This document shows, piece by piece, positions 30,602 through 39,623 of a stretch of 64,000 nucleotides of DNA (position 1 is the stretch's first letter; the number at the start of each line of letters is the position of its first letter). Below the pieces are notes generated by a model that did no database searches, was not told the origin of the DNA, and saw only the letters and a list, made by a program, of their open reading frames with translations. The stretch spans positions 1 through 64,000 of the forward strand of contig CBFFSA010000001.1 of the NCBI GenBank assembly GCA_965644495.1, given 5' to 3'. The DNA is from Perkinsela sp. CCAP 1560/9. Lineage: Eukaryota > Protista > Euglenozoa: Kinetoplastea. The translations under genes and the position numbers were made by a program.

Positions 30602-31516
30602 ATGACGCAGTTCTACAATAGGCTGCTTTTTGCTAGCACAGCAGGATCATGGTGCCTTGCAAGCCTGATTCAACATCAATTCTGGGGAACTGTATTTTGT
30701 AGAGAAAAGGAAGGGAAAAATGTTGAGGACCTGCCGGGAAAGGAATATAACGTTGTCTCCAGTGAAAGATTCACCACTTGTCCCGTTAAACGCACTATTT
30801 ATGAAACATCAGAAGTAAAGAGAATCACTCTTGAGTGCTTGCTTCCGGATGTGAAATCTTCGGAATCGCCATCCTACTCTGAGATAATAGTGAAAGACTT
30901 AGAAGGGAATGAGGAATACTATCCTGCAGTAAAATCAGTATACTCCCCGGAAAGCAATGGCAATGATTTCGACGTTCTTGTCCGGAGAAGAAAATCTTCT
31001 CCTAATTCCATTTTTTTGCATTGCTTGCGCCCCACAGAAGATATCTCTGTCAAGGGACCGATAAGAACAAAAGTGGGTGACTTCGAGCACAATCAGTTGT
31101 TATTTGTTGTTAATGGATCAATGGCCATGGCTTATGCATTTGATATACTAACACAGCAAATCAATTATTACTGGAAGTGCAGCCGAACTTTAGAAATTCA
31201 TCTCTTGTATGCAGCGAAAACAACTTCAGATCTTGCTTTGCTTAAAGAACTAATATCCTTGCAAAAACGTATTGCTCTTCAGTCGAACATTAGTTTTTCC
31301 TCACATTTGACCGTAGAAAATGCAATATCGAAGTGGGCTGGTGGCTATGGTGCAATAGACAATAATTTGCTTTCGCTATTTCATGACAGTAATAAATTTG
31401 GAGACGGAAAAGGTGCGTATTTACTAGGAAATAGTAAGTTTTGTTCCGATGCGCACCGCTTTCTGAATATGGAAAGAAATTGGGCACAAGAAACCATTTT
31501 TGCGATTACCATTTAA
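30602..31516 (+). CDS. NADH-cytochrome b5 reductase-like (FNR-fold) protein, divergent
   Basis: SIFLHCLRPTEDISVKGP, IHLLYAAKTTSDLALLKEL, WAGGYGAID. The canonical RxY(T/S) and GGTGITP motifs are degenerate. Confidence 0.7.
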   Translation: MTQFYNRLLFASTAGSWCLASLIQHQFWGTVFCREKEGKNVEDLPGKEYNVVSSERFTTCPVKRTIYETSEVKRITLECLLPDVKSSESPSYSEIIVKDLEGNEEYYPAVKSVYSPESNGNDFDVLVRRRKSSPNSIFLHCLRPTEDISVKGPIRTKVGDFEHNQLLFVVNGSMAMAYAFDILTQQINYYWKCSRTLEIHLLYAAKTTSDLALLKELISLQKRIALQSNISFSSHLTVENAISKWAGGYGAIDNNLLSLFHDSNKFGDGKGAYLLGNSKFCSDAHRFLNMERNWAQETIFAITI

Positions 31517-31801
31517 AAATCCAGAATACGAGCTACACTGGCTCAACCTTCGTGTACCGTCCAAGGACTGCGAAGCTAGAGGCCCAGGGCCTTGAGTCTT
31601 CGGACATTTTCGAGAATTGATATTCTTTACGCTACTTGTGCATAGACTTAACGTCACTTTTTTGAGAAAATCTATGTATGATTTGGGTATTGAGTACAGT
31701 ACAACGAGAGAATTTTCTTTTGTCAATGAACTAATTTAATAGATGATAAAAATAGATATGCATTTCGACTATTTACTTTGGTGTTTCTCTCTTTCTTCCC
31801 T

Positions 31802-32476
31802 ATGGCCTCTCGTGCACATGCGCGTCCAGAAAAGTCTCCTATCTCACCGCTTGCTTTGGATATTGCGAACCTCTACATGAAGTCTTTTGAGATTAATGAA
31901 GGTGAATGTTTGCTACGAAATCTTGTGAGCGAGCTTGAGCGAGGGGGGTTTATCTCAGTACATTTAGCCCTTTATCGCCCTGAAAATTTTGATGCAGTTT
32001 ACGCCCAAATTCCTCATGCATCACATGAGTGTCCCCAGCATATTTGCGCAACACACAATGAATTCCTGCAGATTGTGTATTCTCACATTATTGGATATTT
32101 TACCCTTACAAACTGGAAGACGAATCCGAAATGTTGGACCTTTGCTCTCACCTTACTTTTGGCGATTTACACTACGATACCAACGCCTAAGGTATTCTCA
32201 AGCAGCACTCTTAACTTACTGCGCAACAAGATTCCTCTGACGCCTCACATCGTTCGTCAATTGAGGCATTTTTTGGATGCATGTTTGAAAAGCGAGAACT
32301 CCGAATTGAACCGAAGGCTATCCCGTTGCGTTAAACTCCACACAGCTCAAGTTCTCCTAGAAATGCATGAATTACATGCCGTTCGTCTTTGTCCTGAAAC
32401 ACAGACGTGGTATGCGATTGAAATGTTGCGCGCTCACCACAAAATATCGGCACTGAAACCACTGTCCCCGGGATAA
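31802..32476 (+). CDS. Hypothetical protein
   Basis: 224-aa ATG ORF on the coding strand, preceded by a pyrimidine tract. Confidence 0.55.
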   Translation: MASRAHARPEKSPISPLALDIANLYMKSFEINEGECLLRNLVSELERGGFISVHLALYRPENFDAVYAQIPHASHECPQHICATHNEFLQIVYSHIIGYFTLTNWKTNPKCWTFALTLLLAIYTTIPTPKVFSSSTLNLLRNKIPLTPHIVRQLRHFLDACLKSENSELNRRLSRCVKLHTAQVLLEMHELHAVRLCPETQTWYAIEMLRAHHKISALKPLSPG

Positions 32477-32866
32477 ATTTACGGCTGTATATTTAGTGAA
32501 ATCGTATTAGCTTCACGGCTCTTTCTACAAACTCATCTACAAGCTCACAATCGTTTCCGAAGTAAAACACATCTTTTCAATTCAATTTCATACCTGGCGA
32601 GCCGGCACAACTGTTTGCTTCGGTAGCATTCTGTGGTTTGTCGGACCATGTGGCGTCTTCACGCCTTGCGATGACGTAGCTTCCGAAGATTGCGCTTCGG
32701 AACATGTGTTGTAGGCAAGAAGCCAGAGGGTGTCTAGATAATAGAGCCTTGAAGTGAAGCATTGTTTCGCATCTTTTTAAAATAATACTCGCATCGCGTT
32801 ACAAGTTATTTAAACATTCTGAGCATAATGAGTCTTCTCAGAGTATCATTTTAGATTAGATAAATA

Positions 32867-33328
32867 CTGTGCCCCCCCCACTTATTCCTCATAGTCCCCC
32901 CCCCCCTCCCCACGTATTTGTCCTTTTCGACGAGACTGGGCAGGAGGCGCCGCGAAGCGGCGCCGGATTTTTTTTTGTTGGGGGGGGCTCAATTTTTTCC
33001 CTACGAACCTCATACATACAGTATATCAGAGCCCTACGTAAGTTTGTATTTATATGTTGTCTGCTTCAAAATTTTGATATCACAATACCTAGCTAGGTTT
33101 CTAACTTTTTTTGGGTTTCTTCCATTGTATGGATAATAGTTATTCACCCCCACCACCACTCCCTTCTCCCCTCACTACGAACAGTTCAGTCATTCCCCAC
33201 CGCCATCCCAGTCGTCTCAATGAAAAAAGTTTGGGACCTTTGTTTCATATAACCAAATAAGTTGACCCCCCCACTTAATTGTCTTTTTTTCGAAAAATTG
33301 GTGACAAATAAGTGGGGCGGGGGCACAG
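32867..33328. mobile_element. MITE family B, 462 bp
   Basis: TIRs CTGTGCCCCC..CCACTTATT, TA flanks. Right end related to 14765-14826. Confidence 0.85.
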
Positions 33329-33330
33329 TA

Positions 33331-33617
33331 CTATCCCCCCCTATTTAACGGGGCTCCGATTTTGGACAAAATGTCCTGTTAAAGGGGGGGTACATAGAAA
33401 AAGATGTGAATAAAAATTCGGCGCCGCTTCGCGGCCCCTTTTTTGTCGTTGCTAAACAAAGTCTTTTGATGCATTTTTTGATGTTGGGGTAGCTATTAAA
33501 GTGGTGATTCGACAAATTTTTCTCTACTTCCCGGAAATACTTTTTGGCTTTCTAGACTAGAAGGTCCTATTAAAGGGAGGGGACGTCGCGCATAGCCCTA
33601 TTAAATAGGGGGGGTAG
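33331..33617. mobile_element. MITE family C, directly abutting family B at a shared TA
   Basis: CTATCCCCCCCTATTTAA..GGGCT / AGCCCTATTAAATAGGGGGGGTAG. Second copy at 46783-47087. Confidence 0.8.
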
Positions 33618-33685
33618 TGATACATTCAGCTTATACCAAAAATAAACTAGAAAGAATGGTGTTTGGAGCAATCTGAATATTTCTC

Positions 33686-34033
33686 ATGAGACAAATATTT
33701 ATGTCTACCATGGCCAACAAACTAACAAAAGAGAACGCAATAATCTGTGCTACATTCGCTTGTGCGGGGTCATCTAGTTTGCTGGTTGCTCGTCCGATTA
33801 TGGACTATTTCCGTCGTTCGAAAAGCCTCGAAGCTTACATTCCCAATGATAGTTCACTCCTTCATGGGCCAAATGCATATCGAATGATGTACGTCCTGGT
33901 AATGTCGCCTACATATTCGGTCGTTCTTCTCTTTTTCGGAAACTTATTTGGTCGTGGAGCATATTTTAATAAATTCGTGTACAAAATGTGGTCACGATTT
34001 TTCCCCAGACGCGCACTGAATCGGTTTTGTTAA
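33686..34033 (+). CDS. Small membrane protein, DUF6787-like
   Basis: FACAGSSSLLVARP...YRMMYVLVMSPTYSVVLLFFGNLFG..YF..KM. Confidence 0.65.
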   Translation: MRQIFMSTMANKLTKENAIICATFACAGSSSLLVARPIMDYFRRSKSLEAYIPNDSSLLHGPNAYRMMYVLVMSPTYSVVLLFFGNLFGRGAYFNKFVYKMWSRFFPRRALNRFC

Positions 34034-34939
34034 TGCAGCGTACATCATAGTTCACCCCACTTTCCTCTGAAATGTGCCTGAAAAGTTGGTCCATATTTGT
34101 CTTGATCTAAACAGTTATCCTTGTGATCGCCTAAATTGAAGTAAAATAACGGCTTCTTGAATGATCACACTTGGGTTGAAGTTCTTTACGACATAATAAA
34201 TTGACATGCAGTGACCCTCCTTTAATATTCACCCCCCCCCGATCAATATGTACAAAATTGAGCATACAGCAGTTTCGTGAAGTGAAGCCCATGGGGTAAA
34301 ATTTTTATGAGGGTGTTGCTAATCCCTGGACAGCCTTCTGCCCGGGGACATAGCAACTCCCCATTATCTCGGGCGTGGTATACACACATTAGCTTGCCTG
34401 GCACTGTGATCGCCGAGAAAAAAAATCCGGAGTCTTTTCCCCGCCCAGAATGCTTCCCACTTAAGGGGCCCGCTTGCGTACCCGAGTGATCTCCCCGGCA
34501 ACACGCTGTTAAACGTGTGTCAAGAATGCTGGAATACGGAACCAGGGTGCCGCTCAAGTATTCGTACATGTTCAAACACATATGCATTGCATACGCATTT
34601 GTCCTACTGCATTCGAAACAATCCTAAAAAATTGAGGCAATTTCGTGTGGTCCAAACTTGAAAAATCAAAAATGGGGAGGGTACCACGCACGATCATTCG
34701 CTTGAAACACAAAAAAAAGATGTAAATTTCGTTTTAAGATTTTTTTAGAAAAAAATTGTAGTAATTTACCTATTTTAAGAAGGTGACTGATAACTAGGGG
34801 GGATAGTCGACAAAAAAAATCGAAGCCCCAAAAAGTGACAGATAACTAGTGGGGGTGACGTGTGACAGATAATTAGGGTACAGTATTATTACTGTACCCC
34901 CCCTGTTTATAATAGCCAAGACCCGTCCCCCCCTTTATA

Positions 34940-37017
34940 CAGGGGGGTGCACGAAAATATGGGGGGGGGTCAAAATTCTTATAACTTGGCCAATTTTGGA
35001 AAATAATAGCGCATTCGAGAGCTCTCGCAGAGTTACGTGTCATGTGATAATGCGTTTCCCGCATTTTTTAATTTTTTAAAAAAAATTAAAAAAATCATGA
35101 TTTTTCAAAAAATTCTGCAGTTTTTTGAATAAAATACTTTTTTTTGTGAATTTACCGACTTTTTTGATCCTAATACACTACCATGCCCCAGAAAAGGTCA
35201 TATACATGTATAGTAGGGGTCATATATAGTAGGTCATATATATAGTAGGGGACGCACTTCGCACTCTTCACCCCTCCCCGGCTCGCTCTCTTCGAGTGAG
35301 CTTTCTTCCCTCCCCGGCTCTCTACTTCTCGTGCTTTCTTCTCCCGGGAGCTATGCGCCATGGTGGCCTCCCTTGAGGACCACTGGGCGTGCTACAGCGG
35401 GAGGGCACGTTGTATGCGTGTATAGGGGATGCGAACTTGCACCCCTCTCTTCCTACATGCTGTAGCGAGTGCGGCGGTAACGGACCTCCCCATGATGCAT
35501 CATGATCCACGATAGACCATCTGACAGCATGAACCCACGGCTTGACCGTGTTGCAGCATGAACCATGGCTATACGTGCTGTAGCATGACCGATGGGCGAC
35601 TCGTCTCCTACCTCGCACTCCACTCTCTGTGTGACACCCGTCGTATGCGGGTCATGCGCTGATGGTATCGGCCGTCACACAGAGAGACGTATCTCTGCGC
35701 CACGAGCGTATGATCATAACCGAATAAAAAAAGGTTCAGAAACGGAGTAGATTTTGCTATTCGCCTCGTGGGCAACTTAAAGCATCTCATAGGATACTTT
35801 TGGTTAAAAATTTGAGGAAACTAATTCTTTTTCAGCTGTCGCCAAGGCGTTTAGGTGTCACGAGGACACTATCAAGCGTTGGGTGCAGCGTTACGAAGCG
35901 ACTGGTGAGGTCGATAGGTCTCCCTATAAAACTCGCCAATCTCCTGTAATATCTGGCCCTCTGTTGAAGCGAGCACTCAATCTTATTGATCAAGCAACAA
36001 GGAATGAAACCTATGGTATCGCTTCTTGGGGTCACCTTCTGAACCTTCTTGTAGGAGAGGGTTTCAGCTCCCGTCGCGCTCTGATACGTTCCCTCAAGAA
36101 GGAGGGTATCATATCCCGCACAGTCCCCCGAAACCCTGCACTCACAAAGGAGCACAAAAGGAAACGAGTAGAGCTATGCCAGGAGTTGGCAACATGGACC
36201 CCTGCTCAGCTTGAGGCTATCGTCTGGACAGACGAGAAAAAATTTACTTGCGGGGGCAGACGCAAAATTACCTACCTTTGCCGTCGTTCAGACCCCCCAA
36301 AGGAGCACGCCGGTGAGCGGGAAAGGTGGTTGGGGGGTGATGGTATTATGGTGTGGATGGGGGTCAGCATTAAGCACGGTTTCTTTTTTCATGAATTCCC
36401 TAATAAAGATCAACAGGGTAATAAAATTTCAGTGAATGGAGACCTTTTCAAAAAAACTATGCTACAACGTAACGGTTTCTTATCTTTTTTACGAAGACAT
36501 CGGGGGGCAGTCGTTGCTATGGATAATTGTACAATTCACAATAGCACTCTTCGTGCCTTTAATGATGAAGGAGTGAAGATGTTGTGTTGGCCACCCAAAT
36601 CCCTAGATTTAAACCCAATAGAAAACATTTGGGGAATAATGGACGAGCATAAAAACGCGCTTTGTCCAACGAATCGTGAAGATTTGAGACGAGCGATCGC
36701 TTCTGGGGTCGAAAAATTAAAGGGGGAGCAATACGATGTATTTTTGAGAACTTTAAAGAGTGTTCCAACGCGTGTGAAAATTGTGTTGGAGAAAAAAGGT
36801 GGAAATTGTGGATACTAACTTTTTTTTTACCAGAAAAAAAACTTGCAGTTGCCCTATTTACGGTATTCAGTAGAATGCATATACCTGGAAACTACGTAAA
36901 ACGTGATATCACATGACACGTAACTCTGCGAGAGCTCTCGAATGCGCTATTATTTTCCAAGATTGGCCGAGCTATAAGAATTTTGACCCCCCCCCCATAT
37001 TTTCGTGCACCCCCCTG
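34940..37017 (+). mobile_element. Tc1/IS630-family transposon with ~110-bp TIRs
   Basis: TIRs 34940-35049 and 36907-37017 begin CAGGGGGGTGCACG and are nearly identical. TA on the left, TG on the right. Confidence 0.92.
35761..36818 (+). pseudogene. Tc1 transposase DD32E with a 1-nt frameshift near the N-terminus
   Basis: PRGQLKASHRILLVK [shift in A5 at 35806-35810] KFEETNSFSAVAKAFRCHEDTIKRWVQRY (HTH), then VWTDEKKF, MDNCTIH, DLNPIENIW. No in-frame ATG found. Confidence 0.85.
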
Positions 37018-38019
37018 TGGGTTCATTTTTTGGGCAAACCGAGCAATTTTTTTATTTTTCTTGCGCCGTCTTAAATATTTTGATATTTATTTTCACATGG
37101 TTCTTCGAGGTATCGCGCGGGGCCGTGTTGGTCATTTTACTTTGGCAGAGTGCCGGGGCCCACTTAGCGATTGGATAATTATTGGTTCCTCGCTCCCAAA
37201 TGTAGGGCGATTTCTGTGCCAACTTTTAATCGCCCCCCCCCCTTTATAAGTAAGTATCGCCCCCCCCCCCTTTATATGTAGGTTCACTTGGGCAAAAGCG
37301 AGGCTATTATAAACGGGAGGGGTACAGTAACTAGGGTACAGTAACTAGGGTACAGTATTGAGGGAAATACTACTCCCTCGCTACCGTATATTAATTGTTT
37401 GTCAGAAATTTCGCCGTTGTTTTGCCTGAATTTTGCCCTCACGTGGCCCGAGAGTGGCCAACTTTAACAACTTTACCCTTTCCAGGGAGGGTGCGGTCCC
37501 TCCTCACACCTTACCATCGTCACTGCATGTGATTCATTGTTGTCCATCGTGGGTTGGAAATATGATCCACGTCAAGCTTCCCTAGACTCAGACACCATCG
37601 CTACTCAGATGTTCATTCGCGGAAATTTGGAGGTCTTAACTCGGGGGCGTGGGCGGGAACAATCGCGCTGCGAAATTGAGCCGGACGATTAAGTACGGCC
37701 CGATGCGTTGTGATCAAAAGAATGTCAGACGGGAGACTAATACAGTGTACTCTTCCCTCTTAGACTTGTTAGTGCAAACCGTTATAAAATTTATGTTGAA
37801 GAGCATTAAATCTTTAATCCAAATCTCTACTTGTATGAGCGCGATTTTAATATCATTTTAATTGACCACCGTAAAGATGGTCATAGGTCAGGGATATTGC
37901 CTATCTTTTGGCAATGCTGGGGCTTAGCGACCCTCACCTTCCCAGCCACGTCCACATCAACGTTTTTAATTATTTTTTTTGTATTCACCGTATCTAAGTT
38001 TTTCTGTGGTTTTCACTTA

Positions 38020-38250
38020 GTGTCTTGCAAACCCTCTATAGGTATTCCAATTTCCGCGCGCTTCTATCTTCAAGTGATCCGTTTCAGATCAAGTACTATA
38101 CATCACACTTTGTGTTTTAAGTTGAGCACATATCATATTGTTCTTCATCACATACATCGCATAATTATCGAATTCGTTCATGATCCAGTGTCGCACAACC
38201 TTGACAGAAAGAGAATACGTCGGCGAATTCTTCCGACGTGGTTACATCCT
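38020..38250 (-). pseudogene. Degenerate PHD-finger-like remnant
   Basis: FCQGCATLDHERIR*LCDVCDEEQYDMC on the - strand, with several stops. Confidence 0.4.
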
Positions 38251-39623
38251 GAAGAAAAAAGTCAGCTTAATTGAGTACTAAACCATTAGTATTAATGTTA
38301 AATCATCAGATTCAGTTAACGGTCAAGGTTATTATGGCGATCAAGGTGCAAATTAAGTGTTGCGAATACGAAGCACAGACACCGGCATCTAGCCCAGTGA
38401 TTTATCGGCCTGGAAGTACTACAATAAAGGCATGTGCATAAAGTGTACTCAAGTGCGAAAGTATATTCGTCACAGCATAATACGGCAGAAGATGTAGTAA
38501 TGTTCAATTCAAATGTAGTAATTTACTACACCAATTACTCATGTAGTAAATTACTACAAATTGAATCCATGGTATGTTGGTCGCCAAAGATTTTGTTCAC
38601 TTTTTCCCGAAATTTGGCCCGGACCTGGTCCCTTTTTTTGCCGATTTTTTTTGTAAAAACAAATATACTTGTTTTCAAGTTAGGGGAAGTGGTAGCACAC
38701 GACTCGGAGATGATAATACAACTCTGCTCTGTACTCTCAGGTGGTGTCCCACAAAATTTCAAACAATTTTGCGGGGATCAAAATTTTTTTTTTTACCGAA
38801 AAAAAGTAAAAAAAAATATTTTTTCAAAATAGATTGCCAAACAGTAGTCTGAGAGCTTGGAAGCCCAGGTACCATTATATGACGTTTTTTCGATGAGATA
38901 CCTAAACAACCCCTACTGGTAAAGAATTCAAGATCCTAGGTCAAAACACAGGGAAATCTGATATTCTTGGGCGAAAAATGGTGTTGGCCCCGGGGAGCAG
39001 AATTATTGTTTTGAGAGTTTAGGACCTGTTATACCTGTATACGCTTTGGTTTCATTCGATACGTCTCGACCGTGCTACACGCGAGGTCGAAGAGGAAGGA
39101 GAAGGCGCAAGGCAAAAAGGCAGAAGGCGGAGCTCGTCCCCCTAGCGAAGATCTGTAACGCCATTTTCATGTTGACCCCCTTCTCCCCCCCTGGTCGAGG
39201 AACATGAGATTTTTCTGGTAACATTGGCATGACTATGTAAAAACGTCATTAAAAAAATGAGTTTTAATTTGTTATCTGTGAAGAGGTCTAAAAACAGCGG
39301 CAACGTGCAGATCTCAAAATTTTGAACGAAAAAGTGGTGCCGCAACCCCCCCAAGCCTCGTTGTACAAAAAAAAGAGGGGGGTGACTTATTCGCTGTGGG
39401 GGGTACGCTGTGGGGTTCGGAATAAATTCGAAACGGTAATAACACAAAAGGTAACAATAATCCGAAATGTAAGATTTATACCGTGTTCCTCTTATATTTT
39501 CACTTTTTTGTACACTTTTTTCAATAATCGAGGGTAGAGCGGTAGTACAACCACCGCAATTTATAATAGATTCTTGTTCGCGGTAACGCAGCATTCACAT
39601 TATTGTAAGAAGATCTACATCAA

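Larger units (their letters stand above)
34892..37327. mobile_element. Outer TA-flanked MITE (family D) hosting the Tc1 element
   Basis: TIRs CTGTACCCC..C(C/T)GTTTATAATAGCC at 34892 and, inverted, ending 37327; TA on both sides. Confidence 0.85.

Noticed and set aside
32585-32760. U1 snRNA (CATACCTGGC; ATTGCGCT loop)
   Set aside because: No stem-loop I ATCACGAA-type loop, wrong spacing, no Sm site. Better explained by homology to ~43950.
35708-35835. Intron in the Tc1 transposase (GTATGA...CTAAT-T-tract-CAG)
   Set aside because: The sequence reads naturally as coding (KFEETNSFSAVAK); a 1-nt frameshift explains the broken N-terminus.
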